Positions 9,513 through 18,588 of a DNA stretch of 64,000 nucleotides are shown one piece after another (the first letter of the stretch is position 1; the number at the start of each line of letters is the position of its first letter). Below the pieces are notes generated by a model, which made no database searches, was not told the DNA's origin, and saw nothing but the letters and a program-made list of their open reading frames with translations. The stretch comes from Candidatus Microgenomates bacterium (lineage in GTDB: Bacteria; Patescibacteriota; Microgenomatia; UBA8517; JACQJR01). A program made the translations under genes and the position numbers. The stretch covers positions 2,557 to 66,556 of the forward strand of contig JACQJR010000002.1 in the NCBI GenBank assembly GCA_016204995.1, read 5' to 3'.

Positions 9513-9586
9513 CTTACTATCTAATGTAGCACAAAAATAAGCAGCGTCAATTGCATCCTGGAGGCTAAAAGAGTATAATTAGCCTC

Positions 9587-10441
9587 ATGGATAATAAAAA
9601 TAAGGCCGTGGTGGCTCGCCAGGAAGATGGCACTATTCAAATTACTTTAACTATTCCTCAAACCGAGGTAAGTCGCGTTGAGAGTGAGGTAGTCGTAGAA
9701 CTAGCCCGCGATGTTGAGGTAGCGGGTTTTCGCAAAGGCCAAGCTCCCCTGGAAGAAGCCAGAAAAAAGATACCTACTCAAGTGGTGGTGGAACGAATTT
9801 TAAGTAAAGTTTTACCATCTGCTTATAACAAGGCTGTTGCAGAAAATAGTATTAAGCCTTTTTTGTCCCCTCGTTTTGAACTAATTAACGTAAGCACGGA
9901 TGTTGACTGGCAAATTCGGGCTATTACCTGTGAAGCACCACAAGTTACAGTAGGAGATTACCAAAAAGAAGTGGCGGCAGCCCAACGCACGAGTAACTTA
10001 TGGGTACCAGGCAAAGACAAAAAAGAGCCTACACTGGAAGAGAAGGAAAATTTAGTGCTGGAAACATTACTTAAAACTAGCAAAGTCACAATTCCCGCTC
10101 CTTTAATTGAGGAGGAGGTGGCTCATCGCTTGTCACAACTAATTGACCAAACCCAAAAATTAGGCCTAACTGTGGAGCAGTACTTAGCCTCTACCGGTAA
10201 AACTGTGGATCAATTAAAAGCAGAATATAAGCTACAGGCTGATGCTCAAATTAAAAGCATGTTAATTCTGTCACAAATTGCTGAAAAAGAAGGCATTAAA
10301 ATCGGCGAAGAAGATATAAATAAGGTTATTAATCCTAACGGCGAGATTGCCAAACAACCGCCATCAGAGGCTCAAAAAGAGGTCTTAAAAAGCATTTTAG
10401 CCCGTCGGGCTGCGCTTGACAAATTAGTGGCCGCGATTTAA
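9587..10441 (+). CDS. tig: Trigger factor (short; PPIase domain apparently absent)
   Basis: GFRKGQAP ribosome-binding signature; 284 aa. Confidence 0.88.
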   Translation: MDNKNKAVVARQEDGTIQITLTIPQTEVSRVESEVVVELARDVEVAGFRKGQAPLEEARKKIPTQVVVERILSKVLPSAYNKAVAENSIKPFLSPRFELINVSTDVDWQIRAITCEAPQVTVGDYQKEVAAAQRTSNLWVPGKDKKEPTLEEKENLVLETLLKTSKVTIPAPLIEEEVAHRLSQLIDQTQKLGLTVEQYLASTGKTVDQLKAEYKLQADAQIKSMLILSQIAEKEGIKIGEEDINKVINPNGEIAKQPPSEAQKEVLKSILARRAALDKLVAAI

Positions 10442-10453
10442 ACTGGAGCCAAT

Positions 10454-11095
10454 ATGGATACTAAAACAAAACCAGCCCAAAATGGTCGAAAACCTCTCAA
10501 TAAAACCCAGCTTTTGGAAACGCTACAGGGGTTGGGCGGCGATGCCTTTTCTTCCTTAACTCGCGACGTAGGTACGGAAATTCCCAAAGAGATTTTTAAG
10601 CAGATTTTTGGTCTTCCCGAGAAGAAAATTTCGGGAAATCTCGCACCGGGCGAATCCGTCAATATGGAAGTCATGATGTCCGGCCAGCATGAGACCCAAA
10701 AACAAGCCCAAACACAATTAATTCGCGAAAGACAAATACATGCCGAAGAGCAAAGATTAACTTCTAAAAAACAGCAGGAATTAAAAATGCAGCTGTCAGT
10801 TTTAATACAGGAGGTGGGACAGCTTGCTCAAACTACCCAAGGTTTAACTAAAGAAATCCAAGTAGCAGCTATGTCGGCTCCGATTGAACCAGGAGTTTAT
10901 CATGTCATCTTTTTTGAAAAATTAATCACTTTTATCCAATCATTCCGCAAGAAAATTGAAAATGCTTCGGAATGGATTGGGACTTACAACGGCCGGGCTA
11001 AAAAACGGGCTAATTCCTTCTGGGGCCAAGTCGGCATATCAGGAGCTAAAAGATTACTTTCTACCGAAGACACCGTTACCCGCTCCGCAGGCTAA
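10454..11095 (+). CDS. Conserved hypothetical protein (DUF5660-like)
   Basis: PGVYHVIFFEKL..I...RKKIE.A..W motif recalled from CPR family. Confidence 0.6.
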   Translation: MDTKTKPAQNGRKPLNKTQLLETLQGLGGDAFSSLTRDVGTEIPKEIFKQIFGLPEKKISGNLAPGESVNMEVMMSGQHETQKQAQTQLIRERQIHAEEQRLTSKKQQELKMQLSVLIQEVGQLAQTTQGLTKEIQVAAMSAPIEPGVYHVIFFEKLITFIQSFRKKIENASEWIGTYNGRAKKRANSFWGQVGISGAKRLLSTEDTVTRSAG

Positions 11096-11098
11096 TTT

Positions 11099-11482
11099 AT
11101 GGTAGAAAGAACTAAACTCACTATAGATAATATTGCTGCCGCCAAAGAATTAGTTAATCAAAAACAAGTTGACCCGGCCTTGCTATTTAACGAACTGAAC
11201 TCTATCGCCGCTCAAGTTAAAAGGGAATCAGTTTACAGTAAATTGAGCCGTATGCCAGAACCCCAAACAGCAGATGATTATTTTGATCAAGCTATTGATT
11301 TAATTAAACAAGATGCTTATGGCAGTCGTCGTTTTGGAATAACGGTAGGGGACTATCTAACAAAGGCTGAAGAGATAGCAAAAGAATCTGGTTCTGAAAA
11401 AAGAGTAGTATATAAGTGGGTTAGAGAAAATTTAGACGTTTACTACGAAATCCAGAAAAGACACTGGTGGGCCAATTATTAG
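11099..11482 (+). CDS. Hypothetical protein
   Basis: 127-aa ORF filling the gap before the tRNA. Confidence 0.65.
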   Translation: MVERTKLTIDNIAAAKELVNQKQVDPALLFNELNSIAAQVKRESVYSKLSRMPEPQTADDYFDQAIDLIKQDAYGSRRFGITVGDYLTKAEEIAKESGSEKRVVYKWVRENLDVYYEIQKRHWWANY

Positions 11483-11556
11483 TGGACGCTAGAGGACTCG
11501 AACCTCTGACCTCTTTCACGTCAAGAAAGCGCTCTAGCCAACTGAGCTAAGCGTCC
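11483..11556 (-). tRNA. tRNA-Val(GAC), CCA not encoded
   Basis: GGACGCT acceptor / AGCGTCC, D arm GCTC/GAGC, anticodon arm CTTTC-TTGACGT-GAAAG, T loop TTCGAGT. Confidence 0.96.
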
Positions 11557-11897
11557 GATAAATCTATTATATCAACTTTTGCCGCCATAATAAAGTCATT
11601 AATTGTTAAACCACCGGAAATGTGAGTGGTGAAATTAACTGTTACCCGACACCAGCCAACATATAAATCCGGGTGATGTCCTTGTTCTTCAGAAATATTG
11701 GCCACTTTTTCTACAAATTTAATGCCATCAAGATATTTTTTAAATCTAAATCTTTTGACAAGTTTTAATCTGTTCTTTTCTTTGTCTTCTACTATTTGCC
11801 AATTATCAATTTCTTTTAAATATTTTTTAGCATCGGCGAGCGTTAAATGAGGTGTTTTGGCGCTACAGGGAAAACACTTTTCAGCCCTTAAATTCAT
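11547..11897 (-). CDS. Pterin-4-alpha-carbinolamine dehydratase family protein
   Basis: EEQGHHPDL, THISGGLTINDFIMAAKVD; ATG at 11897 preferred. Confidence 0.88.
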   Translation of the reverse strand: MNLRAEKCFPCSAKTPHLTLADAKKYLKEIDNWQIVEDKEKNRLKLVKRFRFKKYLDGIKFVEKVANISEEQGHHPDLYVGWCRVTVNFTTHISGGLTINDFIMAAKVDIIDLSDA

Positions 11898-11993
11898 ACT
11901 AATTAGTATAGCATTAAATTTACACTCTTGACAAACGAGTATAATTATTTGTAAAGTCAAAAAAATCAATTAACAATTGATTGAAATAGTCAG

Positions 11994-13097
11994 ATGCCGA
12001 AAAATTCTCATAACAATTATTTTAAAGAAAAAGTCCGCGCGATTTCCGTCTCCAAAAAATCTATCTCTCAATTATTAACAGAAATGGAAACTACTGGTTT
12101 TCAAGGAAGAAAACTAGCGGAAGTGGTCAAAGCGTGGGAGGGAATGATTAAAGATAAAAATACCACCACCATCATGGGTTATGCCGGATCTCTTTCTACC
12201 ACTGGTCAATGGAAATTGATTAATTGGTTAATGGAAAACCATTATATTGATATTTTGGTCGCGACTGGCGCTAATTTGTCAGAAGACATTGTGGAAGCAA
12301 TGGGTTATTCTTACTGGAAAGGAACGCATTTAGCAGATGACGTGGAATTATTAAAAGCTGATGTTAATCGCTATTTAGACGTTTTCGGCAAAGAAACTGA
12401 TTACATGGACATGACGGAAATGATTGCTGAATTTTATGTAAAAGAGTTAGAGCAAGATTATCCTTATTCTTCCCGAGAAATTCTTAATCGCTTTGGTAAG
12501 TGGCTGGGGAAGAAAAAAATTAACAGTATTGTGGCGACAGCTGCCAAAAATAATATTCCGGTTTTTTGTCCGGCCATTGTGGATAGTCCTTATGGCGACG
12601 CAGGCCTGATCGCCAAAGCCCAGGGATTTAATTTAGTGATTGATAACATGAAAGATTACAAAGAATTTATGACGGTGGGAGAAAAAGTTAAAGATACCGG
12701 CGTAATTTATATCGGCGGGGGAGTGCCTAAAGATTTTATTCAACTTTTGGCTGTTACTTCTGACTTAATGTATCCGGAGCGGGTCATCCCGGGAAGGAAA
12801 CCTAAGATCTTTCGAGCCAAGAGATCAAACGGCAAACATTTAATGGAAAGTTATTATCCTCACAAATTTGCCATTCAAATTACCACTGACAGCCCGCAAT
12901 GGGGAGGATTATCCGGTTGCACCTTTGAAGAGGCCACCAGTTGGGGTAAAGAAGAAATTGACGGCATTAAAGTACAGTGTTATTGCGACGCCACTATTGC
13001 CTTGCCAATTATCACTCATGCTTTAAACGAAAGGGTTAAAGGTAAAAGAATCGGCCAAAATTTATCCTCGGTATTTGAAAATCACAAATCTAAATGA
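11994..13097 (+). CDS. Deoxyhypusine synthase-like protein
   Basis: GFQG, TGANL.ED, GGGVPK, QITTD.P.WGGLSG....EA.SWGK, DATIALP. Confidence 0.9.
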   Translation: MPKNSHNNYFKEKVRAISVSKKSISQLLTEMETTGFQGRKLAEVVKAWEGMIKDKNTTTIMGYAGSLSTTGQWKLINWLMENHYIDILVATGANLSEDIVEAMGYSYWKGTHLADDVELLKADVNRYLDVFGKETDYMDMTEMIAEFYVKELEQDYPYSSREILNRFGKWLGKKKINSIVATAAKNNIPVFCPAIVDSPYGDAGLIAKAQGFNLVIDNMKDYKEFMTVGEKVKDTGVIYIGGGVPKDFIQLLAVTSDLMYPERVIPGRKPKIFRAKRSNGKHLMESYYPHKFAIQITTDSPQWGGLSGCTFEEATSWGKEEIDGIKVQCYCDATIALPIITHALNERVKGKRIGQNLSSVFENHKSK

Positions 13098-13993
13098 AGT
13101 CTTCTCCTATATCTTACCCTGCCACCGAACCATTTAATTTCGCCGGAGTTGACGTACAAAATTACAGCTCGGCACGGGTGGCCGTTTTTCCAGTTCCCTA
13201 CAGTTCTACCACTTATTGGAAGTCCACTACCAAAGAAGGTCCAAGAAGTATTATTGAATCGTCGCGCCATATGGAATTGTGGGATGAAGAATTAGGCAAA
13301 GACACTTCGCAAGTTGGCATTTACACCATGCCGGAACTGGAAGTTTCTAAAAATTCTCCCCTGGAGACAACACAGCGAATTGAAAAAGTAGTAGCCAGCT
13401 TACTTAAAGATAAAAAATTGCCTTTAATGTTAGGCGGGGAACATTCTATTACTTTGGGAGCAGTCATGGCTTGTGCTAAAAAATATCCGGCTAGCCAGCT
13501 GTCTGTTTTACAACTTGATGCCCATACTGACTCGCGCTCGGAATTTGAAGGCACCAAATATCATCATGGTTGCACCATGCGCCGAGTGGTAGAGGATTTA
13601 AAAGCCTCGGTAACACATGTGGGAATTCGTTCCACTAGTGAAGAAGAGCAAAGTTTTTTGAAAAAGTCCAAAAAAAATCATGTTTTTTATGCCCCTGCCT
13701 GCGCAGGCAGGCCCGATATACCAGTTGAAGAAATTATCGCCACTTTGGCAAAAAACGTTTATATCACCATTGATTTGGATGTGTTAGATCTGGGAATTAT
13801 GCCGGCAGTCGGCACCCCAGAACCAGGCGGCATTGGTTGGTATGAAACTTTAAACTTAATAAAAAATGTGGCAAAAGAGAGAAATATTGTCGGTTTTGAT
13901 ATTGTGGAATTGGCACCCATTCCTGGCATGGAAGGACCAAATTTTCTGGCCGCCAAACTGGCTTACAAAATATTAGGTTACATTTTTAGCTGA
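13094..13993 (+). CDS. speB: Agmatinase / ureohydrolase
   Basis: GGEHS, DAHTD, DLDVLD, PAVGTPEPGG. Confidence 0.92.
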   Translation: MKSSPISYPATEPFNFAGVDVQNYSSARVAVFPVPYSSTTYWKSTTKEGPRSIIESSRHMELWDEELGKDTSQVGIYTMPELEVSKNSPLETTQRIEKVVASLLKDKKLPLMLGGEHSITLGAVMACAKKYPASQLSVLQLDAHTDSRSEFEGTKYHHGCTMRRVVEDLKASVTHVGIRSTSEEEQSFLKKSKKNHVFYAPACAGRPDIPVEEIIATLAKNVYITIDLDVLDLGIMPAVGTPEPGGIGWYETLNLIKNVAKERNIVGFDIVELAPIPGMEGPNFLAAKLAYKILGYIFS

Positions 13994-14037
13994 TTTAATA
14001 TTGACATCTATCTTCACACCCCTGTTATACTAATCTT

Positions 14038-14310
14038 ATGAAGACTAAAAACCATTTAGATAAAAAGCTTAGCCAGGAATTGAGCATCTTTGAGGTTAAA
14101 ATGGATCTCAAACTGGATAGCTTAAAAGATGGGATTGATGATAATTCCAGAAAGTACCGTGATCAGATTTTACAAGGCCTAGACGAAGTAATGGGGGAAT
14201 TACAAACTTTACGTCAAGAAAATACAATCGGCTTTCATCAAATAAAAGAAAGGCTCGATAATCACAATAGAGGAATTAAACATTTAGAGCATTTTACAAA
14301 AGCTATATAA
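14038..14310 (+). CDS. Hypothetical coiled-coil protein
   Basis: TTGACA/TATACT promoter immediately upstream; heptad-rich 90-aa ORF. Confidence 0.6.
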   Translation: MKTKNHLDKKLSQELSIFEVKMDLKLDSLKDGIDDNSRKYRDQILQGLDEVMGELQTLRQENTIGFHQIKERLDNHNRGIKHLEHFTKAI

Positions 14311-14313
14311 ATT

Positions 14314-14919
14314 TTATCTCTTAGCGACAGCCCTTATTACACCTATTGCCTTTATAGAATCCATCCAACGTTCCTCTGGTTTCATAATTTTTCCCTGTTG
14401 ATCATAGTTGAAATATGGCATCATTATTGTTGGTTTAACATTCCGAAATCCTCTTCTTACTAACACTCCCTTATAAACATCTATTTCATCTGTTAATTCG
14501 TTATGTGATGAACGATCTATGAAAGAAATTGCATCTGGAGGACCAAGTAAACCACCTACTTCATTCTGTCCCCATGCATGAGGACGCCAAATTTTAATAG
14601 TATTTATATTTACCGCTCTAATAATATATTCTGCTCTTTCATGATATCCTAAAAAATGCACTAAAGTCCCTGGTTCTAAAGCGTGTAAATCAATAAATCC
14701 TACTGGTTCTATTCTTTCTAAAGGTAAATTAGGAGTTTGTTCATTGATAGGATCTGCTCTCCAAACATCAATAGGTCCTCCCCCCTTCCTCATCCACTCT
14801 CTTTCTTTTTCTCTTGTAACTCTGCTCTTAATCATATCCCAGGTGGGCCTTTCAATCATCCGCTGACTTGGCTTGGCCGCTTCTGAAGAAATTTGAGGTT
14901 GTTCTGTATTTTCGTCCAT
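14314..14919 (-). CDS. Hypothetical protein
   Basis: 201-aa ORF, no recognised motif. Confidence 0.65.
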   Translation of the reverse strand: MDENTEQPQISSEAAKPSQRMIERPTWDMIKSRVTREKEREWMRKGGGPIDVWRADPINEQTPNLPLERIEPVGFIDLHALEPGTLVHFLGYHERAEYIIRAVNINTIKIWRPHAWGQNEVGGLLGPPDAISFIDRSSHNELTDEIDVYKGVLVRRGFRNVKPTIMMPYFNYDQQGKIMKPEERWMDSIKAIGVIRAVAKR

Positions 14920-14962
14920 CTATACCACTATTCCTATTTATTATGGTAAAATTACTCATTAG

Positions 14963-16198
14963 ATGTCAAATAATTTAAAAGATCATCGTCAGATTGGTCA
15001 GGAGCAAGAAATATTTTTTACTAATGATATCGCCCCCGGCGCTCCTTTTTGGCTACCGCGTGGCATGATTATTTTTAAGGAACTGGAAAAATATATCAGA
15101 GAATTAACTGAAAAAGCCGGCTACCAGGAAACCTCTACTCCGATTATGGTTAAAAGCGAACTGTTTAAACAATCCGGCCATTGGGAGAAATTCGGAGAAC
15201 ATAACATGTACAATCTACAGCTTTCCGATGAGGAAAATGACAATCAAGCTGTTTCTTACTCTTTAAAACCAATGAATTGTCCGGAATCAACTGTCATTTA
15301 TCGTTTCCGGCCCAGGAGTTATAAAGAATTACCTTTAAGACTTGCAGAAATTGGAAGGCTTCATCGCCGGGAAAAATCAGGTGAGGTAAATGGCTTACTA
15401 CGAGTCCGTCAGTTAACGATGGATGATGCTCATATCTATGTCGCAGAAGAGCAAATTTTTGAAGAAATAGGAAATATTTTATATATGATGATGACTTTTT
15501 ACGAAAATTTTGGTTTTGAGTATGAATTTAGACTAGCCACTAGACCAGAAAAAAGGGCTGGAACTGATCAAATGTGGGATAAAGCAGAAAATGCTTTAAA
15601 AGAAGCTTTGATAAGAAAAGGGATTCAAGCGGGAGATAAACTAGGGGATGGAGCCTTCTACGGTCCTAAAATTGACTTGCATATTAAAGATAGCCAAGGC
15701 AGAGAATGGCAACTGGCCACAGTCCAATTAGATTTTCATCAACCAGAAGCTTTTAAGCTGGAATATATTGATGGGGATGGTCAAAAACAACAGCCAGTCA
15801 TGATCCACCGGGCCATTTTCGGCTCCTTCGAAAGATTTTTAGGTATTTTAATGGAACATTTTCAAGGCGCTTTTCCCTTATGGCTGTCACCAGTTCAAAC
15901 CATGGTAATTCCCATCACTGATAAAAATATAGATTACGCCAATCAAGTTTTTAATCAATTGAAAGAGGCTAATATCCGAGTGGAATTAGACGACCGGTCA
16001 GAAACTATGCAAGCACGCGTCCGTGATGCTGAATTGCAAAAAGTTCCATATATAATAGTAGTGGGAGAAAAGGAAGAAAAAGACCATAATATTTCTATTA
16101 GAACCAGAGGTCAAAAAGAAATCCGTCAGGACGAAACAGAAAGTTTTGTGGAACAAATCAGGAAGAATATTGAAAAAAGAAGCACTAAACTGGTATAA
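14963..16198 (+). CDS. thrS: Threonyl-tRNA synthetase (no N-terminal editing domain)
   Basis: DHR.IG, LKPMNCP, R.E.SG...GL.RVR, GAFYGPKID, HRAIFGSFERF; 411 aa. Confidence 0.97.
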   Translation: MSNNLKDHRQIGQEQEIFFTNDIAPGAPFWLPRGMIIFKELEKYIRELTEKAGYQETSTPIMVKSELFKQSGHWEKFGEHNMYNLQLSDEENDNQAVSYSLKPMNCPESTVIYRFRPRSYKELPLRLAEIGRLHRREKSGEVNGLLRVRQLTMDDAHIYVAEEQIFEEIGNILYMMMTFYENFGFEYEFRLATRPEKRAGTDQMWDKAENALKEALIRKGIQAGDKLGDGAFYGPKIDLHIKDSQGREWQLATVQLDFHQPEAFKLEYIDGDGQKQQPVMIHRAIFGSFERFLGILMEHFQGAFPLWLSPVQTMVIPITDKNIDYANQVFNQLKEANIRVELDDRSETMQARVRDAELQKVPYIIVVGEKEEKDHNISIRTRGQKEIRQDETESFVEQIRKNIEKRSTKLV

Positions 16199-16212
16199 TA
16201 CCATAAGTTAAC

Positions 16213-16770
16213 TTGAGAAGCGGACAGTTTAACAAAATACATTTTCGCAAAAACGAGCAAATTGCCAGTAGCAGTTTGCGGGTAATTGGAGCTGATGGCA
16301 AGCAAATTGGTATTTTAACACGGGAAGAGGCACTGGCTAAGGCGCAAGAGCAAGAATTAGATCTGGTGGAGATTGCGCCTAAGGCCAACCCGCCTGTTGC
16401 TAAAATTATTGATTTTAGCAAACTATTATACGAACAAGAGAAAAAGGAGAGAGCAGAACGGAAAAGCGCCAAAAAAGGCAGTGCTTTAAAAGAAATTTGG
16501 TTTACTGCCTTTATTGCGGAAAATGATTATTTAACCAGGCTGGAAAGAACCAAAGAATTTTTAGGTGAAGGGGCTAAAGTCAGAATTGCTATCAAATCTA
16601 AAAAGAGATTGAATAATAACCAACCTCTTTTTAATATGATAAATCGGGTAGTTGGTGACTTAAGTGCAGTTGCCAGACCAGAGCAACCACCAAAAATGTT
16701 CGGCAGGCAATTAATTTGTACCTTAGCACCAAGTGGAGGTAATGTTGAAAATGCCAAAAATGAAATCTAA
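16213..16770 (+). CDS. infC: Translation initiation factor IF-3
   Basis: NEQI...[26 protein letters not shown]; thrS-infC-rpmI-rplT synteny. Confidence 0.93.
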   Translation: MRSGQFNKIHFRKNEQIASSSLRVIGADGKQIGILTREEALAKAQEQELDLVEIAPKANPPVAKIIDFSKLLYEQEKKERAERKSAKKGSALKEIWFTAFIAENDYLTRLERTKEFLGEGAKVRIAIKSKKRLNNNQPLFNMINRVVGDLSAVARPEQPPKMFGRQLICTLAPSGGNVENAKNEI

Positions 16771-16939
16771 AAGATCAATTTTAAGAAGATTTAAAGTTAC
16801 TGCTACTGGTAAAATTATGCATCTGCGCAGTTTTAAAAGGCATTTGAAGTCAAATAAGAGTGCCCGAGCCAGACGCCAAAAGGAAATTGCCTTAACTGGA
16901 TCAAATTATAAAAAAGTAAAGAAGATGTTGCATTTTTAG
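16751..16939 (+). CDS. rpmI: 50S ribosomal protein L35
   Basis: [22 protein letters not shown]. Confidence 0.93.
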   Translation: MPKMKSKRSILRRFKVTATGKIMHLRSFKRHLKSNKSARARRQKEIALTGSNYKKVKKMLHF

Positions 16940-16940
16940 A

Positions 16941-17078
16941 GTGGGTAAACAAACTAAATCATTTAGACAAACTAAATCTGCCAGATCTGGCGATAGATCG
17001 GCAAGTAGTTTCAGTAGATATAATCGTATGCAACCATATCTTAATCTTAAAGGGAAAGGAGTTGGAGGGAAACCGTAG
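16941..17078 (+). CDS. Putative 45-aa basic small protein between rpmI and rplT
   Basis: GTG..TAG ORF MGKQTKSFRQTKSARSGDRSASSFSRYNRMQPYLNLKGKGVGGKP fills the gap. Confidence 0.45.
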   Translation: MGKQTKSFRQTKSARSGDRSASSFSRYNRMQPYLNLKGKGVGGKP

Positions 17079-17095
17079 GTGTCCTTCCAGATATT

Positions 17096-17443
17096 GTGTC
17101 TAGAGTCAAAAGTATTACCAGAAAACGTCATAAAAAAGTCTTAAAGGCGGCTCGCGGTTTTCGGCAGGCTCGCCGCACGCGCTTCCAAACCGCCCGTGAG
17201 GCTGTCCTGCATGCCGGTCAATATGCTTATATTGGCCGCAAACAAAAGAAAAGAAATATCCGCACTTTATGGATTGAAAGATTAAACGCTGCCGTCCGCG
17301 AGCAGGGCCTGTCTTACAGTAAATTTATGTCGGGATTGAAAAAAGCTAATATTAACTTAAACCGACAAACTTTATCGCAACTAGCAATTCGCGAACCGGA
17401 AACCTTTAGCCAAATAGTTGAGCAGATCAAGGCCAAAATTTAA
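17096..17443 (+). CDS. rplT: 50S ribosomal protein L20
   Basis: SRVK..TRKRHKKVLK.ARG, YAYIGRKQKKR..R.LWI.RLNAA. Confidence 0.97.
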   Translation: MSRVKSITRKRHKKVLKAARGFRQARRTRFQTAREAVLHAGQYAYIGRKQKKRNIRTLWIERLNAAVREQGLSYSKFMSGLKKANINLNRQTLSQLAIREPETFSQIVEQIKAKI

Positions 17444-17467
17444 CGGCCTTTTCCACTCAACTAAATC

Positions 17468-17494
17468 AAAGCTTCCTAATTGGAAGCTTTTTTT
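17468..17494 (+). terminator. Intrinsic terminator after rplT
   Basis: AAAGCTTCC-TAATT-GGAAGCTTT + T run. Confidence 0.75.
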
Positions 17495-17507
17495 GTACAA
17501 TTTAAAT

Positions 17508-18542
17508 ATGTCTGAAGAACAAATTCATAACTTAAGGAACGAAGCCCTATCGCTCATTATGGGCACCACAACACAGGAGGAGTTGGAAAATCTGCGGATT
17601 AATTATCTGGGCCGCCAGGGCAAAATTAATCAGGCCACTGCCGAATTAAAAAATTTACCAGCAGAAAAAAAATCCGTGGTCGGCAAAATCATCAACGATG
17701 CCAAAGTGGCAATAGAAAATGCTCTGTTTGCTCAAAAAGAAAAACTGTCTACCAAAGATGGTCAAACGACTTGGTTTGATCCCACTATCCCCAGCGTTCA
17801 ACCCCAACGTGGACATCTTCACTTAGTCACTTATGCCATAGAAGAAATCTCGCAAATTTTTAACCATCTTGGTTTCGTCCGTGTCCGCTACCCGGAAGTA
17901 GAGTGGGATTGGTTTGCTTTTGAATCGCTCAATATGCCTGCTTCTCATCCGGCTCGCGATGAATGGGAAACTTTTTTTGTGGATACTAAATCCCACCCCA
18001 AATATGGCAATATGGTCCTCACTCCTCATACTTCCAGCGGTCAAGTTAGAGAAATGGAAAGGGTAAAGATGCCGCCTATCCGGATGATTAATATTGCCAA
18101 ATGCTATCGCCGTCAGTCTGATGTTTCCCATGTACCAATGTTTCATCAATTTGAAGGATTGGTGGTAGACAAAGATATTTCCATCGTTCATCTCAAAGGG
18201 ACTTTGGATTATTTTGCCCGCCGGTTTTTCGGTGCCAGCAGGAAAATAAGACTGCGACCATATCACTTTCAATTTACCGAACCGTCATTTGAAGTAGATG
18301 TCAGTTGCGGCGTCTGTAATGGTAGCGGCTGCAAACTTTGTAAAGCCGGCTGGCTGGAACTAGGCGGCGCCGGTATGGTTCACCCAAATGTCTTAACAAA
18401 TGGCGGTATTGATCCAAGCAAGTTTTGCGGTTTCGCCTTCGGTTGGGGAGTAGAAAGAACTTTTATGATGAAAGCCGGCATCAAAATTGATGATATCAGA
18501 ATACTTTACAACGCAGACCTTAGGTTTTTAAAACAGTTCTAG
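17508..18542 (+). CDS. pheS: Phenylalanyl-tRNA synthetase alpha subunit
   Basis: HPARD..ETF, HTS..Q, FHQFEG, F.FTEPS, GFAFG.GVER; ATG at 17508. Confidence 0.97.
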   Translation: MSEEQIHNLRNEALSLIMGTTTQEELENLRINYLGRQGKINQATAELKNLPAEKKSVVGKIINDAKVAIENALFAQKEKLSTKDGQTTWFDPTIPSVQPQRGHLHLVTYAIEEISQIFNHLGFVRVRYPEVEWDWFAFESLNMPASHPARDEWETFFVDTKSHPKYGNMVLTPHTSSGQVREMERVKMPPIRMINIAKCYRRQSDVSHVPMFHQFEGLVVDKDISIVHLKGTLDYFARRFFGASRKIRLRPYHFQFTEPSFEVDVSCGVCNGSGCKLCKAGWLELGGAGMVHPNVLTNGGIDPSKFCGFAFGWGVERTFMMKAGIKIDDIRILYNADLRFLKQF

Positions 18543-18588
18543 TTTTAGGTCAATTAGAAATTAGAATAATTAGGTTAATTCTATTTAT

